From a bacterium (lineage in GTDB: Bacteria; SAR324; NAC60-12), in the NCBI GenBank assembly GCA_965233585.1, contig CBDDTI010000746.1, positions 736,001-800,000 of the forward strand: a stretch of DNA of 64,000 nt, written 5' to 3'. The notes under the pieces are model-generated. The model was given only the letters and a program-made list of their open reading frames with translations, searched no databases and had not been told where the DNA came from. This document shows positions 36,758-47,000 of the stretch, piece by piece. Every line of letters starts with the position of its first letter. Position 1 is the stretch's first letter. The translations under genes and the position numbers were made by a program.

Positions 36758-37702
36758 ATGGCTGTCCGTATTTCTCCAGCTGTTCTTTCCTTTTTCAAGG
36801 TCATCAATACCAAGTGGACGCGTTGGGTCTTTGGGACGTTAGTCATCGTTGTCCTTCTAAACGAGTTGCTTTTTTTAGGCTTCAAGCAGACTTTTCCAAG
36901 CGTAGAAGTGTCTGATTACATCAAGCAACAAATAGAGCCTCATACCTATTTAAGCGTCAAAGTTGAGCCTGTGAAGTTGGACAGTTGGAGGCAGCTCACC
37001 TTTCCTCACCTCAGGTTAACTGACCCAGCAAGCAATTCCCCTTTTTTTGACCTCTCTCAAGCGACTTTAAAATGGAAACCGGGATTTTCTCAACAATCGG
37101 TTTCATTGTCAGGTCAATTATACGGGGGACAGCTTTCTGGACTGCTACAAGCCTTCCCTCTTGGAGATGGACAGTTGTCTTTGGAAAATGTGGCACTTCA
37201 GCAAGTGATCGCATTGCATCATCTGCCTTATGTCAAACTTTCAGGCGTGTTGAAAAACCTCCGTGTCAAGATTGATGAAGCACAGCAACTGATGCAACTC
37301 CCCCAAGTTCTTCCCACTGGCTTTATCAATGCTTCTTTGCAAAATTTGAAGTTCCAATTCGCTCAAACACTGCCTTTGCCTATACAAGTACCAGAAATTA
37401 CCCTGTCTGATGTCCAGTTTGTCATCATGTACGGGGAAGTTATTGAGGTACAGGAAGCTGTCCTTTCTGGCGACCTTGAAGGCACTGCTAGTGGAACAAT
37501 TCAGGTAGACCGTGCCAACTTTCTTAACTCTACTGCTACGTTCACGGTGAAATTTAAGTTGAGTCCTGATTTTAAAGAACGTTTAGCCAAAGACATCACG
37601 TTGAACTCTGTTTTATCTATTGTCAAATGTGGTGATTTGATTCATGCAAAATTAAGTGGGACGTTACAGCTTTGGAATCCCCCTGCCAAACTTTGTTCAT
37701 GA
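36758..37702 (+). CDS. gspN: Type II secretion system protein N-like
   Basis: N-terminal TM followed by TFP, LYGG and beta-rich repeats, ending LSGTL..P. Confidence 0.6.
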   Translation: MAVRISPAVLSFFKVINTKWTRWVFGTLVIVVLLNELLFLGFKQTFPSVEVSDYIKQQIEPHTYLSVKVEPVKLDSWRQLTFPHLRLTDPASNSPFFDLSQATLKWKPGFSQQSVSLSGQLYGGQLSGLLQAFPLGDGQLSLENVALQQVIALHHLPYVKLSGVLKNLRVKIDEAQQLMQLPQVLPTGFINASLQNLKFQFAQTLPLPIQVPEITLSDVQFVIMYGEVIEVQEAVLSGDLEGTASGTIQVDRANFLNSTATFTVKFKLSPDFKERLAKDITLNSVLSIVKCGDLIHAKLSGTLQLWNPPAKLCS

Positions 37703-38712
37703 ATTGGAAAACTCTCTTAGCGGGGTGTGGGGCGTTATTCGTTTCGTTAGTGTTGACGATTTTGTGGCTCGTTTTTGACTACCTGCATTCTCCCATTTCT
37801 TCACAAACTCAAGACCAAATGCTCATTATCAAGTCAGGCAGTAGCTTTGCCAAAGTAGAACAGCAACTTGTGGAATTAGGGTTGTTAGAGAAACCTGAAG
37901 AACTCAGGTTGTTGGCAGAGTGGCAAGGGGCGATTTACCGAATCCAGTCAGGAGAATATTTGATTTCTCCAAAATGGACTCCTGTTGAGTTGCTGGGGCG
38001 TTTGACTTCAGGGCAAACCATGTTGCACAGCGTCACCTTACCAGAGGGCAAACGTTTTATTGAAGTTGTTGATATTCTACAAAAAAAGGGATTTGGACAA
38101 AAGGAGGATTTTTTAGTGTTGTTTGAAGATGAAGCCTTGTTAAAACAAATTGAAGTGTCTCCTACTCCTGCTAATCTTGAGGGTTTTTTATTTCCAGAGA
38201 CGTATCTCTTTTCAAAATCTCTATCTCCACGCAAGATTTTCGGGGCAATGATTCGTCAGTTTAATCAAAATTATGTTCCACTCAAACCCCAAGCACGTAG
38301 GATTGGTTGGAGTGACCAGTCTGTCATCACTTTGGCATCTATCATTGAAAAAGAAACAGGGTTGTCCAAAGACCGTCCTCTCATTTCTGCGGTCTTTCAT
38401 AATCGCCTCAAACGACGAATGCGTTTGCAAAGCGACCCCACCGTCATTTATGGCATCGTCAATTTTGATGGAAATCTGACACGTCAGCATCTCAGAACAA
38501 AGACACCATTTAACACTTACACTCATCGTGGCTTGCCCCCTCACCCGATTGCAAACCCCGGTCAAGAATCCATTCAAAGTGCTTTGCAACCTGCTGATGT
38601 CAATTACTTATATTTTGTGGCACGTGGGGACGGTTCAAGCCAGTTTTCCAAGACTTTGAAAGAACACAATCAAGCCGTGTGGAAATATCAAAAAAAACGT
38701 TCAAAACCATAA
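37699..38712 (+). CDS. mltG: Endolytic transglycosylase MltG
   Basis: TLPEG, LEGFLFPETY, ASIIEKE, LQSDPT, GLPPHPIANPG, YLYFVA. Confidence 0.95.
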   Translation: MNWKTLLAGCGALFVSLVLTILWLVFDYLHSPISSQTQDQMLIIKSGSSFAKVEQQLVELGLLEKPEELRLLAEWQGAIYRIQSGEYLISPKWTPVELLGRLTSGQTMLHSVTLPEGKRFIEVVDILQKKGFGQKEDFLVLFEDEALLKQIEVSPTPANLEGFLFPETYLFSKSLSPRKIFGAMIRQFNQNYVPLKPQARRIGWSDQSVITLASIIEKETGLSKDRPLISAVFHNRLKRRMRLQSDPTVIYGIVNFDGNLTRQHLRTKTPFNTYTHRGLPPHPIANPGQESIQSALQPADVNYLYFVARGDGSSQFSKTLKEHNQAVWKYQKKRSKP

Positions 38713-38715
38713 ATT

Positions 38716-39969
38716 ATGCCCATTTTTCAATACAAAGCCTTTGACAACTCTGGACGCCAGAAAAAAGGCACATACGACGCCTCCTCTCCCCAAGAAGTGA
38801 GGCAATATATTCAGAGCCAACAATGGCATCCTGTTGAGATTACAGAGTCTCATTTCATCAAAGGTTCTCCTTTACCCAACCTCCACATCCTAGAAAACCT
38901 CACTTCTTTTCTTGGAACATTGATTCCATGGAAAAAAAACTACCGCAAAGCTGTTTCTACATTGAGCAGACAATTAGAGATTTTGCTTGGGGTGGGCATT
39001 CCCTATGACAAAGCCTTAGAGATGGTTGGTTCACAAACGCAAGACAAGGAGTTTCAGCACATTCTTTCAGGTGTGCGTGCCAAAATTTTGGAGGGTGAAA
39101 GTTTGCACAGTGCCTTAAAAAAATACCCAAAAGTGTTTTCTGTGATGTTTGTGAGCATGGTACGGTCTGGTGAAAATAGTGGACAACTTGACCAGATTAT
39201 GAAAAGGCTTGCAGATTATTATGAAAATCAAGAACAACTGATTGCCAAGCTCAAATCTGCCATGACCTATCCTATTTTTATGATGGTCTTCAGTGTGTCA
39301 GTTGTGATTTTTATGATGACTTCCATTGTTCCCAAAATTACTGCTGTTTTTGAGACACGAGGTGCGGCATTGCCTATTCCCACCCAAATTCTAATCAATG
39401 CCAGCGACTTTTTAGAAAACAACGGCAAGCTGACAGCTTTTTTGACAATGGTTTGCATCATGTCAATTTATGGATTCTTACGTTCTGCTGTTGGCATCAG
39501 ATGCAAAGAACGCGTGCAACTTCAAATCCCTGTCCTGAAAGACCTTGCGTTGAAGTCGTTGATTTTACAATTTTGCCAAACCCTTTCTACTTTGTTGCAT
39601 AGCGGGGTGGATTTGAAAAATGCACTTGAGATTGCAAAAAATGTGGTGGTGAATCATGTCTTGCGAGAAAAAATTGAGACATTAATTGTGGAAGTCAACA
39701 ATCAAGGGTCATCACTTTCCAATGCCATGAGGCGTTCGGGCATCTTTCCTGAATATGTCTTACACGTGGTGTCTGTGGGGGAAGAGGCGGCAAAACTTGA
39801 TGAGCTACTAGGCAAAGTGGCAGTCCGCATGCAAACAGAAGTGTCTAATACCATCACAACCCTCACCTCACTACTTCAGCCTTTGATGGTGATTTTCATG
39901 GGGGGCATGGTCGGTTTTATTGCACTGGCAATGCTTCTACCCATGCTTGACATCAATCGGTTGTTGTAA
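38716..39969 (+). CDS. gspF: Type II secretion/T4P inner-membrane platform protein
   Basis: MPIFQYKA start, GENSGQL, AMTYP, VGEE...L; three-TM layout. Confidence 0.9.
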   Translation: MPIFQYKAFDNSGRQKKGTYDASSPQEVRQYIQSQQWHPVEITESHFIKGSPLPNLHILENLTSFLGTLIPWKKNYRKAVSTLSRQLEILLGVGIPYDKALEMVGSQTQDKEFQHILSGVRAKILEGESLHSALKKYPKVFSVMFVSMVRSGENSGQLDQIMKRLADYYENQEQLIAKLKSAMTYPIFMMVFSVSVVIFMMTSIVPKITAVFETRGAALPIPTQILINASDFLENNGKLTAFLTMVCIMSIYGFLRSAVGIRCKERVQLQIPVLKDLALKSLILQFCQTLSTLLHSGVDLKNALEIAKNVVVNHVLREKIETLIVEVNNQGSSLSNAMRRSGIFPEYVLHVVSVGEEAAKLDELLGKVAVRMQTEVSNTITTLTSLLQPLMVIFMGGMVGFIALAMLLPMLDINRLL

Positions 39970-40173
39970 ACACTGGCTCAAAATCAAATCCAGAACCTTT
40001 GACCTGTCAAAGTTAAAAATCTCTTTCAAATCAAGAATTTCTCTAATAATTCAGATATTTTTTTTAAAAATATTTACTTCTTGATAGATTGAGAATACAA
40101 TGTATCACTCTGTGGTTGGGAGTGGTTCCCAACTTGTTAAACTTAATTCAATAACTTAATAAAGGAGTTCAAA

Positions 40174-41182
40174 ATGTACCAAAAACGTTTTAAAACCCTA
40201 AAAGTGTTAGCCGTCTCAACAGCGTTTTCTTTGGGAGTGGCGGCATGTAACGAGAGCAAGTCAGATGAGGACGGTGATGAATTAACCCCCCCCCGAGCTA
40301 AGTTTTTCAGGGATTGATGTGACTTGTGGAATGCAAGTGACAGAAGCAGACATTCTTGAAAAAGTCACAGGTGAAAAACAAGGCTTTGTCCTGAAAAAAA
40401 TTGAAGGAGTGAGTGGTGATCTGGCAACTGTGTCAGAGGAAAAGAATCTCTCCTTTGCAAATGGGAAAACAGGGCAGGTCACGGCTACTTTGATTTTAAG
40501 CCAAGACGGCTATGAAGATGCAACCATTGAAAATGCAAGATTCGCTACTAGTTCCATCAGTAATAACGGAGTGGATTATTGTGTTGTCAAAACCAAGACA
40601 GGACGCATCTGGCTAGATAGAAACCTTGGGGCAGAACAAGTGGCAGCTGCTGTTGACGACTCAAAAAGCTATGGCGACCTCTATCAGTTTGGACGAGGAA
40701 ATGATGGACACCAGAAACGAGATAGCACCGTTATAACGACCAAAGCCACTGGAACCACTGCACCTGTGCCAGGTCATGGTAACTTCATTTATGATAGAGG
40801 TGAACTAAACTGGCATAGTGGTAAAAAAGAGGCAGAATTTTGGAAAGAAGATGGTTCTGGGATCAATAATCCTTGTCCTACTGGATTCAGAGTGCCAACG
40901 TCAGCTGAATATAATGCAGAAATTCAGCATTTTAACCCCCAAAATAAGGACGGTGCTTTCCAAAGTGCTTTAAAACTGCCGTCCAATGGTGACAGAGGTA
41001 GAACAGTGGCTCCGGGAGGATTTTTTGGAATTTATTGGACTGCTAGTCTTAATAACCCGGATGATCCTACTGCCGCTACAGGTGATGACACTGGTTTTGC
41101 TTTAACTATCGCGGTGGTTTCAAACAGGGTTAAATCTGAGGAGAGACAAAAAGGTTTCGCGATTCGTTGCATCAAGAGTTAG
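40174..41182 (+). pseudogene. FISUMP (Fib_succ_major)-domain lipoprotein, frameshifted at a C9 tract
   Basis: SD AAAGGAG, ATG 40174, lipobox GVAAC. C9 at 40286-40294 leads to a stop at 40315-40317, whereas C8 would join the 40319-41182 frame (WLDRNLGA, YGDLYQFG, PCPTGFRVP, YWT, GFAIRC). Confidence 0.85.
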
Positions 41183-41202
41183 TCTGATTTTCTTCTTCAT
41201 TC

Positions 41203-41227
41203 AATTCCTGCTTTTTGGGCAGGAATT
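41203..41227. terminator. Hairpin downstream of the FISUMP gene (REP-like core)
   Basis: AATTCCTGC-N7-GCAGGAATT; same ATTCCTGC/GCAGGAAT stem as the REP clusters. Confidence 0.5.
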
Positions 41228-41362
41228 TCCTCATCTTCCAGCAAATCATGCTTGTTCTGTGCGTGACGCTTTTCCTTTAGTTTCATTTGTTTTGGCAAGG
41301 TTTTGTGTTTTCTAGGTTTCTCTTTTTAAGGAAGAGTTTGGGTTTTCCTGCCTGATAACAAG

Positions 41363-42322
41363 TCAAAGGTTTTGAATTTGAGTTTGAGAGAGTCCTGTGA
41401 CGGATTCAATCAAGTCTTTATCCAATCCTTGAGCCAGCATGTTTTGAGCAATTTGAATTTTTTCTTGCTCAATGCCTTTTTCCATTCCTTTTTCCATTCC
41501 TTTTTCCATGCCTTCTTCAATCCCCTCCTTACGTCCTTTTTCCATGCCTTGTTTGACACCTCTTTCTATGCCTTGTTTGACACCTTTTTCCATGCCTTTT
41601 CGGAAGTTAAGTTGTTCAGCACCTTTGATGACTGCTACAAATTCTTGCCTTTTATAGACCATCTCTAGCTCTTCGGGAGAAAGTCCTGCTTGGTCAACGA
41701 CCTGCAAGGCTTGTTGAATTGTAGGATTCAAAACTTCTGGGATGTCTTGTAGCTGTTCTGCATGCTTGATGAAGTAAATCCATTCTTCTTGCAATGCGTC
41801 TAGTTCATCTAAAGACTTTTGAAACTTGGGAAGTTCTACAAAGATGAGTTCTATGTCATCAGAATATGGGGTCAGTGTCTTTTTGTTCAAAAGTTTAAAA
41901 GAATTGATGATGTTGGTATTGTCTTCAAACATGATGAAGTCTAGGACATTCAAAGCGATGACAGGGTTCAGCAGGTGATATTGGTCTCCTTTGACCAGTT
42001 GCATGGAGTAGTTTTTACAAGCATTGTAGAGGATTCGCTTCTCAAAACCATCGTGGTTGACAATCTGCATCTCAATCAAGACTTGTTCTCCTGTGTCAAG
42101 TCTTGCTTTCACATCAACGAAGGTGATTTTCATGCCTTGCAGTAAAGGCGGATTGTAAGGGTCTTGAATGACCAAATCTTGCACTTGCTGTTGATGAGGG
42201 AACTCTATCATCGCATTGAGAAAGCTGATCAGCAGCGCTTTGTTCTTCTCATCTCCAAACAACATCTTGAACGCATAGTCTGTCTTAATGTCTAAAAATC
42301 TCATGGTCTGATTATGGGTCAT
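41363..42322 (-). CDS. Rpn-family recombination-promoting nuclease/putative transposase (PD-(D/E)XK_2)
   Basis: DIKTDYAFK..FG, VDVKA, IEMQ, FVELPKF, GxxxG repeats, IAQNML...TGLS tail. Confidence 0.92.
   Translation of the reverse strand: MTHNQTMRFLDIKTDYAFKMLFGDEKNKALLISFLNAMIEFPHQQQVQDLVIQDPYNPPLLQGMKITFVDVKARLDTGEQVLIEMQIVNHDGFEKRILYNACKNYSMQLVKGDQYHLLNPVIALNVLDFIMFEDNTNIINSFKLLNKKTLTPYSDDIELIFVELPKFQKSLDELDALQEEWIYFIKHAEQLQDIPEVLNPTIQQALQVVDQAGLSPEELEMVYKRQEFVAVIKGAEQLNFRKGMEKGVKQGIERGVKQGMEKGRKEGIEEGMEKGMEKGMEKGIEQEKIQIAQNMLAQGLDKDLIESVTGLSQTQIQNL
41471..41600 (-). repeat. 12-bp coding tandem repeats (G-x-E/K-K/Q/R units) in the Rpn C-terminus
   Basis: Repeated CCTTTTTCCAT(T/G) and variants encoding GMEK/GVKQ/GIER. 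Confidence 0.85.
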
Positions 42323-42440
42323 TCCATTATGATGTTAAACCTTTGCTCTCTTTTTGACTCATAAAGTTCTTTAGAATAATGAAGGTCTTCTAAGAGGAGA
42401 CACCAATCTATTTCTTTTTTTCTCATTTGACTGAAAATAT

Positions 42441-42647
42441 TTAAACTTCACTTAAGTTTTCTTCTTTATATTTTTTAATAAGACCATCTGCCTTCTCTTT
42501 TATATCTTCTAACCAAACGTCAGAATCAATTTTGTCAGAAGAATTTGTAATGACTGTGACTTTTTCAGAGAGACGGTGAGTGTTTTTCTGAAAAGAATCA
42601 TAGTCAGCATTGATACCAGCGATATGTTCTTCTTCTTCTTTTTTCAT
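42441..42647 (-). CDS. Small hypothetical protein, AT-rich
   Basis: 68-aa ORF with an upstream TGATAGAAT extended -10-like motif on the minus strand. Confidence 0.4.
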   Translation of the reverse strand: MKKEEEEHIAGINADYDSFQKNTHRLSEKVTVITNSSDKIDSDVWLEDIKEKADGLIKKYKEENLSEV

Positions 42648-42756
42648 AATTCTCTTTAATTTTCTTTAATGTAATATTCAAATTAAAACGCAAATTCTAT
42701 CACAAAAAATGATTATTTTTTAAATTTTTCATTCTTTAAAATCAACTTAAATAGTT

Positions 42757-44388
42757 TTAAGCAGCAGCAATTTTGGGAGGAATCCATGACTTACCGGGGA
42801 TAGAATCCAGTAAGGTTTTTGTGTAGTCATGTTGAGGATTAGTAAAGACGTCATAGGTTCTGCCACACTCTACAATTTGTCCAAATTGCATGACAGCAAT
42901 TCTGTCACAAATCTTGGCGGCAACTCGTAAATCGTGAGTGATAAAGAGAATGGACAAATTCATTTGATTTTGAATGTCTTGCAAAAGTTGCAAAACCTGC
43001 TCTTGCACAGAGACATCTAATGCAGAAACTGCCTCATCAGCAATGATAACTTGGGGTTTGAGAGCCAAGGCACGTGCAATTCCAACCCTCTGACGTTGAC
43101 CTCCTGAAAATTCATGGGGATAACGTTTGGCAGCCTGTTTGGGCAAACCAACCAAATCTAGCAATTCATAAACTCTTTGGTAGGCTTCTGCTGGAGTAAT
43201 GCCATGAATGATTGGACCTTCTGCAATGGCGTCTCCCACTGAACGTCTAGGATTTAAAGAAGCATACGGGTCTTGAAAAATCATTTGAATATGCCTGCGA
43301 AATTCATGAATGAATTTAGGGTCACGCAATTTATAAAAATCTTGACCCTCAAAAATCACTTGCCCTTGGTCAGCTTCTATCAACCTGACAATACAACGTC
43401 CTGTTGTAGATTTGCCTGACCCTGATTCACCTACGATGCTAAACGTCTCACCTTGACGAATACTAAAATTGATGTTATTAGAAGCATGCACTTCACGGAC
43501 TTTCTGACCCCAAAGACCCGATTTAGAAATATACTTTTTGTCTAAATTTTTGATTTCAAAAATAACAGGCGTGTTCAAATCTTGTCGTTTTTCAGGAATA
43601 AAATGAGGCACGGCAGCAGCAAGTTTTTGAGTGTAGGGGTGTTGCGGTTGATTGAGGACAGCATTGGCAGTGCCTGATTCTACAACTTTCCCCTCTTTCA
43701 TCACAATGACACGGTCTGCAATTTCTGCAACTACTCCAAAATCATGCGTGATAAACATGACTCCCATCTTATGACTTTTTTGTAAATTCAAAATGAGTTT
43801 TAAGATTTGTGCTTGTGTGGTGACGTCAAGGGCAGTGGTTGGTTCATCTGCAATCAAAACCTTCGGTTCCATCGCCAATGCCATAGCAATCATCACACGT
43901 TGTCTCTGTCCACCTGACAGATTGAATGACCAGCTGTGATAAATTTTTTCAGGTTGTGGCAAGCCAACATCTTCTAGCAGTTGAATAGATTGAATTTCTA
44001 CCTCACGGGCAGACATGGTGCTGTGATATTGAAACACCTCTGACATCTGCTTGCCTATTTTCATCATTGGATTGAGTGCCGTCATCGGTTCTTGAAAAAT
44101 CATGCTGATTTGAGAACCTCTGATGTTGCGAATCTGCGAGGCTTTCAGTTTCAGCAAATCTTGGTTTTCAAACAAAATTTGCCCCTGCACAGGCTTCACG
44201 TGAGGCAAGGGCAAAAGTCCCATGATAGCGTTGGCAGACATAGATTTGCCTGACCCTGATTCACCCACTATACACAACACTTCTTCAGGATAAATCTCAA
44301 AGTTCACATCTTCAATAGCAAGGGGACGGTCTGCCCCAACTGGTAGCGCAATAGACAAGTTTTCAACTTTTAAAATAGGTACAGACAT
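42757..44388 (-). CDS. Peptide ABC transporter ATP-binding protein (duplicated ATPase, DppD/F-like)
   Basis: Two GESGSGKS Walker A motifs, SGGQRQR twice, FITHD twice. Confidence 0.95.
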   Translation of the reverse strand: MSVPILKVENLSIALPVGADRPLAIEDVNFEIYPEEVLCIVGESGSGKSMSANAIMGLLPLPHVKPVQGQILFENQDLLKLKASQIRNIRGSQISMIFQEPMTALNPMMKIGKQMSEVFQYHSTMSAREVEIQSIQLLEDVGLPQPEKIYHSWSFNLSGGQRQRVMIAMALAMEPKVLIADEPTTALDVTTQAQILKLILNLQKSHKMGVMFITHDFGVVAEIADRVIVMKEGKVVESGTANAVLNQPQHPYTQKLAAAVPHFIPEKRQDLNTPVIFEIKNLDKKYISKSGLWGQKVREVHASNNINFSIRQGETFSIVGESGSGKSTTGRCIVRLIEADQGQVIFEGQDFYKLRDPKFIHEFRRHIQMIFQDPYASLNPRRSVGDAIAEGPIIHGITPAEAYQRVYELLDLVGLPKQAAKRYPHEFSGGQRQRVGIARALALKPQVIIADEAVSALDVSVQEQVLQLLQDIQNQMNLSILFITHDLRVAAKICDRIAVMQFGQIVECGRTYDVFTNPQHDYTKTLLDSIPGKSWIPPKIAAA

Positions 44389-44433
44389 AGAATGAATTTT
44401 GGTTGAAATGAAGTGGATTGGTTGAATTTGAGT

Positions 44434-45324
44434 TTACGCCTTACGTTTCCTTCCCCGTGGGTCTAGTGCGTCTCTAAGACCATCACCAACCAGATTAATT
44501 GCCAACACGGCAATGAGAATCATAATTCCCGGGAAGGTGATAATCCACCAAGCACGCAAGATAAATTCCCTTGCATCACTGAGCATCGTCCCCCATTCAG
44601 GCGTCGGTGCTTGCGCACCAATTCCCAAAAATCCCAAAGCTGCTGCATCAAGAATGACAGAAGAAAAGCTCAACGTTGCCTGCACAACCAATGGAGGCAT
44701 ACAGTTTGGCAAGATATGCAAGAACATCTGACGAAACTTGCCAGCCCCCAAAACCACTGCTGATGCTAGATAATCTTTGGCTTTTTCATTCATCACTTGT
44801 CCCCGTGCAAGCCTGACAAAGTGGGGTAAATAGACAAAAGCGATGGCAAGAATTGCATTTCTCAAACCCGGTCCCAAAATTGCCACCACCACCAATGCCA
44901 GCAAAATACTGGGAAAAGATAAAATGACGTCCATCACTCGCATAATCAAGGTGTCAATCAGACCACCAAAATAGCCAGAAACTAGACCAAGCAAGATGCC
45001 AAGAATTAAAGACATCGTGATGACCACTAAACCAATGGAAAATGAATAACGTGTCCCATGAATGAGCCGAGACAAAATATCACGACCCACCGCATCAGTG
45101 CCAAGAACAAACTGCCAGCTTCCCCCATCTTGCCAAACAGGAGGCACCATCAAAAAGTCTCTGAATTGAGAGCTTGAATTGTAAGGGGCAATCCATGTTC
45201 CAAAAATGGCAAGAATGAGAAAGACTGCCAAAATACCTAACCCCAACACTGATGCCTTGTTTTGTGAAAACGATTGCCAGAGTTCTAAATATTGCTGCGT
45301 TTTTGAGTTGGTTTGTGTCTCCAT
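44434..45324 (-). CDS. dppC: Dipeptide ABC transporter permease
   Basis: LGTDAVGRDILSRL, HILPNC, LGFLGIGAQAPTPEWG, GDGLRDALDP. Confidence 0.9.
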   Translation of the reverse strand: METQTNSKTQQYLELWQSFSQNKASVLGLGILAVFLILAIFGTWIAPYNSSSQFRDFLMVPPVWQDGGSWQFVLGTDAVGRDILSRLIHGTRYSFSIGLVVITMSLILGILLGLVSGYFGGLIDTLIMRVMDVILSFPSILLALVVVAILGPGLRNAILAIAFVYLPHFVRLARGQVMNEKAKDYLASAVVLGAGKFRQMFLHILPNCMPPLVVQATLSFSSVILDAAALGFLGIGAQAPTPEWGTMLSDAREFILRAWWIITFPGIMILIAVLAINLVGDGLRDALDPRGRKRKA

Positions 45325-45459
45325 TTTAAATTTTAGAAAAGTTTGGATTTTAGAAAAGTGTTGATTTAATTTCGGTCAAGCTCTCGTTCTACTGATTCAT
45401 CATCAAGCTATCAATCTTTGAAAATGTTAATTATTGAAAATGTTAATTGTTGAGGCATG

Positions 45460-46575
45460 TCAATTTTCAGAAGTATCAAGCAGTTGTTGGAGAATTTTTG
45501 CAATGCGGGGTGCGGTTTGTCCGTCCCACATTTCAGGGGTCGCACAAGAACTGAAGTCTGTTTGTAGAATCTCTTTTGCTCTTTTGGCAACAAGAGAGGC
45601 ATCTAATGCAATCAATTCATTTGTTCCACAATCAATGGTGACGGGACGTTCTGTTGAGCTGCGAATGGTCAAGCAAGGTGTTTTTAAAAAAGTTGTTTCT
45701 TCTTGAATCCCCCCAGAATCAGTCATCACCAGAGACGCTTTTTCCATCAAGTGTAAAAAGTTTAAATAGTCGCAAGGCTCGGTCAAGACTAAATTTTCAA
45801 GGGATTTGAGTTGGGTCAGCAGGTGAGATTCTTCCAAGCGGCTTTGGGTTCTGGGGTGCAGAGGAAGCACCACAGGTTGAATGGACGTCAGTTGCTGTAA
45901 AATGTCCACTACATGCTTTAAATTTTCAAGATTGTCCACATTCACAGGGCGATGAATGGTAGCCAAAATGAACTGTTTTTCTGTTAAATTCAGCTCTTTC
46001 AAAATCGTTGTCTGACGTGCCTGTTGCTGAAAAGCAACCAGCGAATCAATCATCACATTGCCCACAAAAAAGATTTTTTCATCAGCAACACCTTCTTTCT
46101 CCAAGTTACAAACCCCGCTCGGTTCTGAGACAAACAGCCAATCTGCCAAAGCATCTGTGACCAATCTGTTGATTTCTTCAGGCATGGAACGGTCAAAGCT
46201 CCTTAACCCTGCCTCCACATGAGCCACAGGAATCCCCAGCTTTGCACACACAAGAGAACAAGCCAACGTAGAGTTAACATCACCAACCACGATGACTGCA
46301 TCAGGTTTTTCCTCCAAAACAACCTTTTCAAACGCTGTCATTACCAATGCTGTTTGTTCGGCATGACTTCCTGAACCCACGCCCAAATGACGATGAGGCT
46401 TTGGCATTTGAAATTGCCGAAAAAACACATCGCTCATACTATGGTCATAGTGTTGTCCTGTATGAATGATATAAGAGTCAAACGCCTTGCTTGCCTCAAA
46501 TGCACGATGAAGTGGTGCAACCTTCATAAAATTAGGTCTTGCTCCAACAATATTAAAAAGTTTCCACCGCCTCAT
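45460..46575 (-). CDS. wecB: UDP-N-acetylglucosamine 2-epimerase (non-hydrolysing)
   Basis: GARPNFMK, HTGQH, HVEAGLRS, PEEINR, TDSGGIQEE. Confidence 0.93.
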   Translation of the reverse strand: MRRWKLFNIVGARPNFMKVAPLHRAFEASKAFDSYIIHTGQHYDHSMSDVFFRQFQMPKPHRHLGVGSGSHAEQTALVMTAFEKVVLEEKPDAVIVVGDVNSTLACSLVCAKLGIPVAHVEAGLRSFDRSMPEEINRLVTDALADWLFVSEPSGVCNLEKEGVADEKIFFVGNVMIDSLVAFQQQARQTTILKELNLTEKQFILATIHRPVNVDNLENLKHVVDILQQLTSIQPVVLPLHPRTQSRLEESHLLTQLKSLENLVLTEPCDYLNFLHLMEKASLVMTDSGGIQEETTFLKTPCLTIRSSTERPVTIDCGTNELIALDASLVAKRAKEILQTDFSSCATPEMWDGQTAPRIAKILQQLLDTSEN

Positions 46576-46885
46576 TAGACCTTCCTAGACATTGGGGACT
46601 CTTACCCTTGTGATGATTTGAATCCTGCCACTCTTGGGGAGTGTAAGTTTTAAGAGCCAGTGCATGTATTCCATTTTGAAGTTCGTTAGCCAAAATGGCA
46701 TACACTTGTTGATGTCTTTTAACTCTGCCCATACCCTCAAAGTTTTGCGAGACCAACACCACCCTGAAGTGTGTTTCAGAATTTTTTGGGACGTTGTGTT
46801 TGTGGCTTTCATTGATGACTTCTAAATAAGTCAGGTGGAATGCAGATTGTAATTTGTCTTCTAAAAGTAACCTGATTTGCATCAT
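46553..46885 (-). CDS. bolA: BolA family protein
   Basis: NESHKH, SETHF, RVKRHQQVY, GIHALAL; start reassigned to 46885. Confidence 0.92.
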   Translation of the reverse strand: MMQIRLLLEDKLQSAFHLTYLEVINESHKHNVPKNSETHFRVVLVSQNFEGMGRVKRHQQVYAILANELQNGIHALALKTYTPQEWQDSNHHKGKSPQCLGRSNEAVETF

Positions 46886-47000
46886 ACGTTCGGCACTATT
46901 GTTCAAAAAGGCTTTCAAAAAAAGTGCTAGCTTATCAGCCCTTCCACAAAGAAACAAGACCTTTTTCAGGTGATAAAAATCTTGTCCTAATGTATAAAAA

